From Cylindrospermopsis raciborskii Cr2010 (GTDB lineage Bacteria > Cyanobacteriota > Cyanobacteriia > Cyanobacteriales > Nostocaceae), in NCBI RefSeq assembly GCF_003367075.2, contig NZ_CP065936.1, positions 840,001 to 872,000 of the forward strand: a stretch of 32,000 nucleotides of DNA, read 5' to 3'. Position 1 is the stretch's first letter. Each line of letters starts with the position of its first letter. The position numbers were made by a program, and so were the translations under genes. Of the stretch, positions 1 through 8,667 are shown one piece after another. A model generated the notes under the pieces. The model searched no databases, had not been told where the DNA came from, and saw nothing but the letters and a program-made list of their open reading frames with translations.

Positions 1-324
1 AATAGTTTGGAAGAGCTTAACCACCAAAAGAGTAAGACATGTAGAGAAATAGAACCCAAAAATGCTAGTGTCCACAAACCAGGGGAATCCATCACCCTTT
101 GGCTTTTAGGTGAGAGATTCTTAACTGTTAGGGAGTCCAACAACTTTACCTCCTAATTGATAACTGTAGTTGTGCTTTTTTCATTTTCCGCTACGGGGGT
201 GTCTGTTTTTACAGGTATCTCTCGATTTTTCGCCATCTCTCCATTTTTCAGTTACACTATTTACCTATCGCTCTTCATTTTAGTCTAAACTTCAGTAACT
301 AGGGTGTAGGGTAGAGTTAATTTT

Positions 325-3198
325 ATGAATCAAGGGCGCACTTACGATTATATTGACTTAATTGAGTTGCTGATAGGAACCATTTTTGAGAGCAAGGGGG
401 ATAGCCAAGTAATTTACCCCCTGTTGGAAAACAATCTCCATCTTTTAGATGCAACCTTTATTGACCAACTACAATCCTGGGGCGGTCATCAGGTAAATAA
501 ACAAGCAACTCCCGAGCAAAATGCTCAACTGGGAGCATCACTATACCTCCTGGCTCGGATTTTTTATCATTTTCCCGGAGGGGATCCGCTAATTAACCTC
601 GCTATAGCCATCTGTGGATACGAATTTTGCGCCGCCATAGAACGCCAACTGGGACTCGAAAAAGAATTGGCTCAAGTTCTCAATCATCTAGGTGCTGCTT
701 ACCAAACCCAGGCCCAAATGGGTACGGACTCCCACTCTAACCTAGAAAAAGCGATCGCAGCTTATAATGAGGCTATTACCATCCGTCGTCAACCCGGGTT
801 AGAAAGGGAATTGGCTCAAGTTCTGAATAATTTAGGTGCGGCTTATCAAATCCAAGCTCAAATGAGTAAGGAAGCTAATCTGGAAAGAGCAGTGACTGCT
901 TATGCAGAAGCCATTTCAATTTTACGGGAATTGGATTTAGAAAGGGATTTAGCTCAAACTCTTTACAATTTAGGGAGCGCCTACCAAACCCAAGCTCAAT
1001 TAGGTAAGGACTCGCAAGCGAATCTACAAAAGGCAATTCCACCCTATACAGAAGCGATCTCCATTCTACGGGAACTAGGTTTAGAAAGGGACTTGGCTAA
1101 AACCTTAACCAGTGTGGGTAGTGTTTATATTAGCCAGGGTAAACTAGAAAGAGCAATTACTCCTTTTAGAGAAGCTATTACCATGTTCCGCCAATTGGGA
1201 CTGGAAAGAGACTTGGCCGAAACTCTCAATCAACTGGGAATTGCCTACCTAAACGAAGTAGAACGGGGTAAGGATCCAGATGCTAATCTACAAAGAGCAA
1301 TTATTGTCTTTACTAAAGCTTTAACTATTCTCCGTCAACCAGGATTAGAACCAGATCTGGCTCAAACCCTTCACAATCTAGGAAAAGCTTACCAAACTCA
1401 AGCTGAACTGGGAACCGAGTCCCAGTCTAACTTAGAAATGGCGATCGCCCATTATCGAGAAGCTCTGGCAATTGCTACCCCGGAGCTTTCTCCAGCAGAC
1501 TATTTAAAATTTGCCAGTCATTTAGGAGATCTGGGGTTTGAGCAGGGTTGGTGGGATATCGCTCTAGAGGGTTATGAACAGGGAATCAAAGCACTAGAGA
1601 CAATCCAATTTTGGCGGGATAAATCTCCTGGGGAGATCCAACACTCCCATATTTACCAGTCAGCAGTGCGTGCTTGTATTGAGTTGCATCAATATGGAAA
1701 AGCAGTTGAATTAGTAGAGCGCAGTAAATCACGAAATTTAGTGGAGCTACTAGAGAATAAACATCTATATCCAAAAGGAAATATTCCCTCTCGTATTTAT
1801 GGGGAATTAGATCGTCTTCGTCAAGCAATTCGCAATGAAGTAAGACTACTGGAAATCCAAGGAGAAAAAAGAAGCCATGGTCAACTCAATACGCTCATAG
1901 AAGAATTAGATCAATTTATTACTAGCCAGGTCAAACCCCTTGATCCCCATTTCTCCCTTACCCAGAGGGTGGAACCAATAACCATATCTAAAATACTCAA
2001 GCTGGTGGGAGCAGATCCGCGCCGGGTGATCCTGGAGTGGTACTTTACAGATGATGTTCTCTATACCTTTATCATCACTGCTAATCCAGATGTACCAATT
2101 TTTCCTCACAAAGTGGTTATATCGCCCAGTGTGATCCGCCAATTCAGCCAAAAATACTTAGATATCTACCGCGATCGCCACAATTTAGGTAACTGGAAAC
2201 AGGCCTTACCGGAACTACTGGGCGAACTGAAGGAGATTTTGCAAGTTGAGACTTTATTAACTCAATTGTGGAAGTTATCCCCCCCATGTGAAGAACTGGT
2301 ACTCATACCTTATGGTTGCTTACATATCTTCCCTCTACACGCTCTATTTCCCTGGGAGCGATTTCCCCTGGGATTTAGTTATTTCCCCAGTTGTCAGCTC
2401 CTCAGTTCCGTAGGAGTTACGGAGCGGGAAGAGGTAGTACAATCCCTGGCCATTCAAAATCCTACCCAAAACCTGCAATATGCCAGTTTTGAAGTAGAAA
2501 CAATTATTACCCGACTGTTGATTGGCACGGAGGTGATAACTGAGAAAGAAGCCACCCGTGAAACTATTTTTAGTCGATCCATTCCAGAGAAAAATTACCT
2601 GCATTTTTCCTGCACTGGGTACTCTAATTTTCAAAAACCTCTACATTCTGCCATACTTTTGGCCAATTGTATTCTACCAGCTCCCCCCAAGGGTGGGGAA
2701 TACCTCCCCTTACCAAATGGTGCAGCAGTGGATCTCTCCCAATGTTTGACCCTTGGTGATATTTGTGGATTGGATATGCGTCGATGCCATCTTGTTTCTC
2801 TTTCCGCTTATGAAATGGGGATCGGTGATATGGTTGATACCAAAAATGATGACTATATCAGTTTGCCCACGGGTTTTCTCTTAGCAGGAGCTTCTACCAT
2901 AATTAGTAGTTTATGGGCTGTGAGTGATTATACTACTGCTTTGTTAATGATTCGTTTCTACCAATTCTATACGGACACAGAAAATCTTCTGACCTATGGT
3001 CGTCCTCGCTTAGCACTGTACCATGCCCAGCAATGGTTACGAGATGCTCCAGCGGGAAAGTTGTTAACCTGGGCGGCAAAGTTACCATTTTCCGGGACAA
3101 GGCTGACATTACTCGCTGATTTTGATACAATGCCAGAGTCTCAACGCCCTTTTCAAGAACCATACTACTGGGCCGCCTTTACCTGTGTTGGAATTTAG
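325..3198 (+). CDS. TPR-repeat protein with C-terminal CHAT (caspase-like) domain; catalytic dyad appears degenerate
   Basis: 957-aa ORF. Kinesin-light-chain-like TPR units (LERELAQVLNNLGAAYQ..., period 46-48 aa) cover about aa 110-390. The C-terminal part matches the CHAT pattern: YLHFSCTGYSNFQKPLHSAILL ... LVSLSAYEMGIGD ... YISLPTGFLLAGASTIISSLWAVSD. Confidence 0.9.
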   Translation: MNQGRTYDYIDLIELLIGTIFESKGDSQVIYPLLENNLHLLDATFIDQLQSWGGHQVNKQATPEQNAQLGASLYLLARIFYHFPGGDPLINLAIAICGYEFCAAIERQLGLEKELAQVLNHLGAAYQTQAQMGTDSHSNLEKAIAAYNEAITIRRQPGLERELAQVLNNLGAAYQIQAQMSKEANLERAVTAYAEAISILRELDLERDLAQTLYNLGSAYQTQAQLGKDSQANLQKAIPPYTEAISILRELGLERDLAKTLTSVGSVYISQGKLERAITPFREAITMFRQLGLERDLAETLNQLGIAYLNEVERGKDPDANLQRAIIVFTKALTILRQPGLEPDLAQTLHNLGKAYQTQAELGTESQSNLEMAIAHYREALAIATPELSPADYLKFASHLGDLGFEQGWWDIALEGYEQGIKALETIQFWRDKSPGEIQHSHIYQSAVRACIELHQYGKAVELVERSKSRNLVELLENKHLYPKGNIPSRIYGELDRLRQAIRNEVRLLEIQGEKRSHGQLNTLIEELDQFITSQVKPLDPHFSLTQRVEPITISKILKLVGADPRRVILEWYFTDDVLYTFIITANPDVPIFPHKVVISPSVIRQFSQKYLDIYRDRHNLGNWKQALPELLGELKEILQVETLLTQLWKLSPPCEELVLIPYGCLHIFPLHALFPWERFPLGFSYFPSCQLLSSVGVTEREEVVQSLAIQNPTQNLQYASFEVETIITRLLIGTEVITEKEATRETIFSRSIPEKNYLHFSCTGYSNFQKPLHSAILLANCILPAPPKGGEYLPLPNGAAVDLSQCLTLGDICGLDMRRCHLVSLSAYEMGIGDMVDTKNDDYISLPTGFLLAGASTIISSLWAVSDYTTALLMIRFYQFYTDTENLLTYGRPRLALYHAQQWLRDAPAGKLLTWAAKLPFSGTRLTLLADFDTMPESQRPFQEPYYWAAFTCVGI

Positions 3199-3207
3199 AG
3201 GAGAACC

Positions 3208-4176
3208 ATGATCACAAGTCTTAGTCCAGAAGATATAATTTTAACTGCACTGGATATTTTTCTCAATAAAGATACGGGGGATTTCTCATCCTTGGCTGAA
3301 CAAATTGAGAAATCTGGATATCCCAGTGAAAAGGAAATTGCCGCTTTACTAGATGAATGGTTGGAGAATAAACCTTCCCTGCGAAAGGAGTATAATAGGA
3401 TATTTGTACAACTCAGAAATGAGCGGAAAACAGAAAGGCAATTTTTACCCAGATCACAAAGCACTTCCCCGGATGGGGAAGCTTTACATAAACAAAAAGT
3501 AAAAATGCTGCTCAGCAAAATGCGTGACGTTGTGCATGTATTAAATTGTGTGACTTGTAAAGGCTTAGTAAATGCCAAAGAAATAGATAGCTACTTTACA
3601 CCAATTCAGACCAAAGATTCCATGGCTAATTCTCCGGATAAAATTGGCACTAAATATAAGTTTACATTTTTACAATGCACTAAGTGTTCTCAGCCTTTTA
3701 TCACTCGCACGGAATATTCTGATAATCCCGAACATTACAATGATCCCACCTATGGTCAACCCAAAACCTTATATCCCACATCTGAGAAAACTATTAGTTC
3801 TGAAGTACCTACATACATAAGGACGGTATTGGAAGAGGCTATACGGTGCTATAATAATAAAGCATTTATTGCATCCGTGATTATGTGTGTTAAGACATTA
3901 GACTATGTATGTAAAGATTATAAAATTGAGGCAGGATCGCTTGAGAATAAACTCAAGAAAATGAAAGAACAAGAAATTATTGATCAGAATCTTTATGATT
4001 GGGCTGATAGGTTAAGAGTAACAGAAAATGATTTTGTGCATAAGAATATAACTTTTGGTGCAACAGATGCTCAATACATTATTAACTTTACATATACAGT
4101 TATTGATTATATTTTCACGTACAGGAAAAAATTTGAACAGTTTAAATACAAGAGCAAACCAGAAGGAAAAAATTAA
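3208..4176 (+). CDS. DUF4145-like protein with two CxxC pairs and an uncharacterised N-terminal helical domain
   Basis: 322-aa ORF starting 9 bp after the CHAT gene. Contains LNCVTCKG and LQCTKCSQ (zinc-binding type), and a C-terminal helical region with RLRVTENDFVHK, resembling the LRxxGNxxAH motif of DUF4145/HEPN-like domains. Confidence 0.7.
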   Translation: MITSLSPEDIILTALDIFLNKDTGDFSSLAEQIEKSGYPSEKEIAALLDEWLENKPSLRKEYNRIFVQLRNERKTERQFLPRSQSTSPDGEALHKQKVKMLLSKMRDVVHVLNCVTCKGLVNAKEIDSYFTPIQTKDSMANSPDKIGTKYKFTFLQCTKCSQPFITRTEYSDNPEHYNDPTYGQPKTLYPTSEKTISSEVPTYIRTVLEEAIRCYNNKAFIASVIMCVKTLDYVCKDYKIEAGSLENKLKKMKEQEIIDQNLYDWADRLRVTENDFVHKNITFGATDAQYIINFTYTVIDYIFTYRKKFEQFKYKSKPEGKN

Positions 4177-4273
4177 CGGTTAATTGTTTATTATCAAACT
4201 CTTTTCAGTAAGCCATAAATGAAGGTAAAATTAAGAGATATTTGGCATACACTCTCACGGAGATTATGGATTA

Positions 4274-5995
4274 ATGTTACTGTCCCTCAGAATTGAGAAT
4301 TTTGCCCTGATCGACCAACTGGAGTTAGATTTTGGTCCAGGATTGAATGTTTTAACTGGGGAAACTGGTGCAGGAAAGTCGATTATTCTGGATGCGATTG
4401 ATGCAGTTTTGGGTGGAAGGGTTTCTAGTCGGGTAATTCGCACTGGAACTAATCGTGCTGTGGTAGAAGGAACTTTCAGTATTGCTCCGTTTTTGGCTAC
4501 TTGGTTAACTGAACAGGAAATTGATTTGATTGATGATAATTCTCTGGTGATCAGTCGGGAAATTACTGCATCTGGAATTAATATCCGCAGTCGTTCACGG
4601 GTAAATGGTGTGTTAGTTAATCGCCAAATTATGACTAGTCTGCGCGATCGCCTGGTGGAAATTACTGCACAAGGACAAACTTTACAAGTGGGACAGTCTG
4701 CTCAAGTCAGAGATTGGTTGGATCTCTATGGTGGTGAGGATATAATTCAACACAAACAAAAGGTGAGTAGTGCTTACGCTGCATATCAAGAGGCACATAA
4801 AAGTTTAGAAAAACGACGTAGGTCAGAAAAGGAACGTTTGCAACAGTTAGACCTCCTAACTTATCAAATTCAAGAATTGACCACAGCAAATCTCCATGAT
4901 CCACAAGAAATGGAACTATTGAACCAGGAAAGAGAAAGACTAAATCATCTGGTTGATTTGCAACAAATGAGTTATAAAATTCATCAGTCCTTATATCAAA
5001 ATGATGCTGAAACTCCCACTGCTGTGGATTTATTAGGAGCTAGTGAGACCATATTAAACCACATTGTGGAGTTTGACCCTCAACTGCAACCCATTTTGGA
5101 GTTAGTTAGGGATGCGTTGGCAACAGTTATGGAAGTAGGAAGACAAATTAGTATGTATGGAGATGGATTAGAAGCTGATCCTCAAAGACTAGAAGAAGTA
5201 GAAGAAAGAGTAAGAGAGCTAAAACAAATCTGTCGTAAATATGGACCTAGTCTCTCAGAAGCAATAGAATATTATCAACGTATTCAAAATGAATTAGAGG
5301 AATTGAATAGTACGGAAGATTCCTTAGAAAGTTTGGAACAACAGGAGCAGGTTTGTCTACAACATCTTAATCAGGTCTGTCAACAGTTGACTCAATTACG
5401 CTTACAGAGTGCGATTAATTTAGAATCTCATTTGTTGGCTCAACTAAAACCACTGGCCATGGAAAAAGTAAAATTTCAAGTAGAAATTACCCCCATTCCA
5501 CCCACCTCCACCGGTGCAGATAAAATCACCTTTATGTTCAGTCCCAATGCGGGGGAACCCATTCAACCACTGACAGAAATTGCTTCTGGTGGGGAAATGA
5601 GTCGATTTTTATTGGCTCTCAAAGCTTGTTTTAATCAGCATGATAGTGTAGAAACTATGATTTTTGATGAAATTGATGTGGGTGTTTCCGGGAGAGTTGC
5701 TCAAGTTATTGCCGAAAAATTACGTCAATTAAGCGAAGCTCAACAAGTATTATGTGTAACTCATCAACCCTTAGTCGCAGCTATGGCTGATCGACATTTC
5801 CGGGTTTATAAAGAGGTGATTGAAAAAAACGGTAATACGGAGGAGCGCACCGTAGTCAGAGTTACCTCTTTGGATAACTTAAATACTCGCAGGGATGAAT
5901 TGGCCCAATTAGCTGGTGGTAAATCTGCTAATCAGGCGATCGCTTTTGCTGAATCTTTACTAATTCAAGCTGCTAAATTACGAGTACAGGACTAA
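4274..5995 (+). CDS. recN: DNA repair protein RecN
   Basis: Walker A GETGAGKSII, LRIENFALIDQLELDFGPGLNVLTGETGAGKS, signature ASGGEMSRFLLALK, Walker B MIFDEIDVGVSG. Confidence 0.97.
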   Translation: MLLSLRIENFALIDQLELDFGPGLNVLTGETGAGKSIILDAIDAVLGGRVSSRVIRTGTNRAVVEGTFSIAPFLATWLTEQEIDLIDDNSLVISREITASGINIRSRSRVNGVLVNRQIMTSLRDRLVEITAQGQTLQVGQSAQVRDWLDLYGGEDIIQHKQKVSSAYAAYQEAHKSLEKRRRSEKERLQQLDLLTYQIQELTTANLHDPQEMELLNQERERLNHLVDLQQMSYKIHQSLYQNDAETPTAVDLLGASETILNHIVEFDPQLQPILELVRDALATVMEVGRQISMYGDGLEADPQRLEEVEERVRELKQICRKYGPSLSEAIEYYQRIQNELEELNSTEDSLESLEQQEQVCLQHLNQVCQQLTQLRLQSAINLESHLLAQLKPLAMEKVKFQVEITPIPPTSTGADKITFMFSPNAGEPIQPLTEIASGGEMSRFLLALKACFNQHDSVETMIFDEIDVGVSGRVAQVIAEKLRQLSEAQQVLCVTHQPLVAAMADRHFRVYKEVIEKNGNTEERTVVRVTSLDNLNTRRDELAQLAGGKSANQAIAFAESLLIQAAKLRVQD

Positions 5996-6438
5996 TGATG
6001 ATGTTCGTGGTTTTTATCGTGAGCACACCCTTGCAAATCCTGTTGCATGAGACTTTCAGTCATTACCTGTAAGGACTCGTCCGTGGAGTTCAAACCAATC
6101 CAGGCGTGGATTTTTTCCACATCAAAACCTACCTCTCTTTGATTACCTACTTCTAATAAAGGACGGCGAATTAATAGAGGATCTTTCAGCATCATTAATA
6201 AAGCAGTTTCCCCATCAATGTTTTCTGGATTTACCTCTCCTGATCTTACACTGGGAGCTGTTTTATTAAACCATTCCACTACCGGGCGATCGCCGAAAAA
6301 GGATTTTAATCTTTCCTTCGTCCATGGTTCTGTTAATAAGCTATATGCTATTACCTGATGACCTGCTGCTGTTAGTAAAACCTTTTGTCTGATATTATTT
6401 TTACATCCAGGTTTTTCATAGAAAATCACTCTAGCCAT
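5992..6438 (-). CDS. Nitrogenase-associated protein, ArsC/Spx-like thioredoxin-fold family
   Basis: 148 aa, VIFYEKPGCKNNIRQKVLLTAAGH, with downstream RRPLLEVG as in ArsC-like proteins; His-rich C-terminus HDKNHEHHH. Its stop overlaps the recN stop convergently. Confidence 0.8.
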   Translation of the reverse strand: MARVIFYEKPGCKNNIRQKVLLTAAGHQVIAYSLLTEPWTKERLKSFFGDRPVVEWFNKTAPSVRSGEVNPENIDGETALLMMLKDPLLIRRPLLEVGNQREVGFDVEKIHAWIGLNSTDESLQVMTESLMQQDLQGCAHDKNHEHHH

Positions 6439-6717
6439 AACAACTTTCTCCTCTTGATTCTGAGTTTACTTGATAACTATTACTCGGATCTACGCACTCA
6501 CCTATCTAAAAATCACAAAGAATCACACGAGCTATATTTTCTAATAGTTGAGAATATTCCCACTATTGACTTTACCTGTGGTTTTACTTACTCATTATCC
6601 ACTACTTATTTAATATGATAATCTCTGATTCATAATTCTGCTACAGTATTTACCAAAGATAATAGTAGCCAGATATCCACTGCTCATCACCCATTAACCT
6701 TGTGCAGAACTATATTT

Positions 6718-7323
6718 TTAAAAATTCTTGCTGGTATGGTTAACTATGTCAAATTCTCGTCTGTTTTGAGAATTGGTTTCTCCATAAATGTTAAAAGTAA
6801 CAGTTGGTTCTGGTCCCACAGAATAGACCTGATGTATGGTTTGGGAAGTAAAACTAATTAAATCACCGGGAAATAAATCTAAAGATCCTACCTGTTGAAT
6901 ACGATCAGGATTTGCTGGATCAGGTTGCCAAAATGTGTTTTTTTCCTGACCTTGTAAAATAGCGACTATTCCCCAGGTTCCATGATTATGGATATTGGAG
7001 GTGATTCCTGGTGCAAAAGTGACAGTCTGTACTGTTAAAGGAAATCCCAACTCATCATATAGTAACAAAACTGATGTTCCGGTTGGAGAATGTGGTTTTA
7101 AAACTCGACTTTTTACCCAATAGGAATTAACTATTAGTCTTCTGACCAGCATTCTCAGGTGAGGAAGAAAATCAGACTCTTCTTCTACATCATTGAGAAC
7201 ATCTTCTACTTCCGTGAGAAACCGATAAAAACGATAATTTTCTCTTAATAAGTCCCATTCTCTTGCAGCTTTACATAGTTCATGCTTTCCACTCTCAGGG
7301 ATGAACCAATCTTTTCCTTGCAT
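6718..7323 (-). CDS. Cupin, cysteine-dioxygenase-like protein
   Basis: Contains APGITSNIHNHGTWGIVAILQGQEKNTFW and a C-terminal IHQVYSVG, the cupin/CDO metal-binding pattern. Confidence 0.75.
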   Translation of the reverse strand: MQGKDWFIPESGKHELCKAAREWDLLRENYRFYRFLTEVEDVLNDVEEESDFLPHLRMLVRRLIVNSYWVKSRVLKPHSPTGTSVLLLYDELGFPLTVQTVTFAPGITSNIHNHGTWGIVAILQGQEKNTFWQPDPANPDRIQQVGSLDLFPGDLISFTSQTIHQVYSVGPEPTVTFNIYGETNSQNRREFDIVNHTSKNF

Positions 7324-7358
7324 AACCTAATACTTCCATAATACGTCCATCAAAAATT

Positions 7359-7406
7359 AAGTAGGGATGCACAATTATTTGTTCATCTTATATTTAATTC
7401 CACCTA
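7359..7406 (+). repeat. Palindromic intergenic repeat, copy 1
   Basis: aagtagggatgcacaattatttgttcatcttatatttaattccacc. Confidence 0.9.
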
Positions 7407-7407
7407 C

Positions 7408-7899
7408 TTACCCATCCTCCTCCAATGAAGGGTTTAAAATCTGCCAAAGAATATTAGCACCAAAATCTTCTTTATCATTTATGTTCTGTATCTCTTTGAT
7501 TATTGCTTTAGCCTGGTCTAATTTTCCCAACTTGGCTGAAATCATTCCCAGAGCAGTATAAGCATTTAAAAAAATTCTAATTTGAGATTCATCCTTTCTT
7601 GCAAGTAAAACTGATCGAAGTTTTTCCCAGTTATCAGGTAATTGGTGAGTTTTTCTGATTCTAGCAATTATGGTGTTCGCTGTTTTTTCCGCTAGAGCAT
7701 AATTATTTTGATAATAAAAATAACGATAAGCTGCTACCAAAACGTCCATATGGTTATTCTCCTTAGTTTCAGCTAGAGCTTGCTCCATATATTTAAGAGA
7801 CTCTTCTGGATTTTCCCATGTTTTAGTAGCTAAGACTAATAGTTCTTTAACTTCAGCAGAAGCGTCAAACCAGGAAAACTGGTCACAATTGATATTCAT
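7408..7899 (-). CDS. Hypothetical alpha-helical, TPR-like protein
   Basis: 163-aa ORF, helical with degenerate TPR character (ALGMISAKLGKLDQAKAIIKEI). Confidence 0.6.
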   Translation of the reverse strand: MNINCDQFSWFDASAEVKELLVLATKTWENPEESLKYMEQALAETKENNHMDVLVAAYRYFYYQNNYALAEKTANTIIARIRKTHQLPDNWEKLRSVLLARKDESQIRIFLNAYTALGMISAKLGKLDQAKAIIKEIQNINDKEDFGANILWQILNPSLEEDG

Positions 7900-7944
7900 A
7901 TCTAATTACTTAATCTACTGGACTTGAAACTCAAAGGAAATAGG

Positions 7945-7992
7945 TAAGTAGAGATGCACAATTATTTGTGCATCTTATATTTAATTCCACCC
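7945..7992 (+). repeat. Palindromic intergenic repeat, copy 2
   Basis: aagtagagatgcacaattatttgtgcatcttatatttaattccacc. Perfect stem GATGCACAA-ttat-TTGTGCATC. Confidence 0.9.
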
Positions 7993-8039
7993 ACTCACTT
8001 AGTTACCTAATTACCTATTCCCTTTTATCAATTAGCAGC

Positions 8040-8636
8040 TCAAAAAGCATTCATGAGATAAACCAAGGTAAACAAAATAATCCAAATGATATCGACAAAG
8101 TGCCAATAAATTTCTGCCATTTCGATTCCCGTATGTTTAATAGCAGAATAATGATTACGTTTGAGAGAACGCCATAAAACACCCAAAATTAATAGCAATC
8201 CCACAAAAACATGCAATCCGTGAAAACCAGTCATTAAATAAAAACAATTGGCGAAAACATTGCTAGTTAACCCATACCCCAGATTCATGTATTCATAAAT
8301 CTGTCCCACTAAAAATACAGCACCCATGATGGCCGTAATAAAATACCAAAATCGCATCCACCCCACACGATTTCTTTTAATTGCTGCATCACCTAGATGA
8401 ATAACAAAACTGCTAGATACTAGAATTATGGTGTTAATGGTAGGGATAAGCAATTCCACATCTGTCCCCTCTGGAGGCCAAACTGGGGTAGTACCTTTAA
8501 AAAATAAATAGGTAGCAAAAAATCCACCAAACATTAAGGATTCAGAAACCAAGAAAGTTAATAATCCCCAAACCCGCAAATCCGGATGTTCGTGATGGTC
8601 ACCTGAGAGATGTTTGTCAGTCGTAATTGCTGTCAT
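8040..8636 (-). CDS. ctaE/coxC: Cytochrome c oxidase subunit III
   Basis: LFGGFFATYLFFKG, GFHGLHVFVGLLL, EIYWHFVDIIWI. Confidence 0.95.
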   Translation of the reverse strand: MTAITTDKHLSGDHHEHPDLRVWGLLTFLVSESLMFGGFFATYLFFKGTTPVWPPEGTDVELLIPTINTIILVSSSFVIHLGDAAIKRNRVGWMRFWYFITAIMGAVFLVGQIYEYMNLGYGLTSNVFANCFYLMTGFHGLHVFVGLLLILGVLWRSLKRNHYSAIKHTGIEMAEIYWHFVDIIWIILFTLVYLMNAF

Positions 8637-8667
8637 GGTGTTTTTCTTTTTGAGGGGTTAATTTTTG

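Noticed and set aside
1-324. Possible 3' end of an upstream gene
   Set aside because: No ORF of useful length or recognisable motif on either strand; left unassigned.
664-1440. Repeated DNA of ~138-150 bp in the CHAT gene
   Set aside because: Explained by the TPR protein repeats it encodes; not a separate repeat element or CRISPR.
6385-6618. 77-aa plus-strand ORF between two minus-strand genes
   Set aside because: It overlaps the start of the nitrogenase-associated gene, has low-complexity composition and no recognisable motif or convincing ribosome-binding site.
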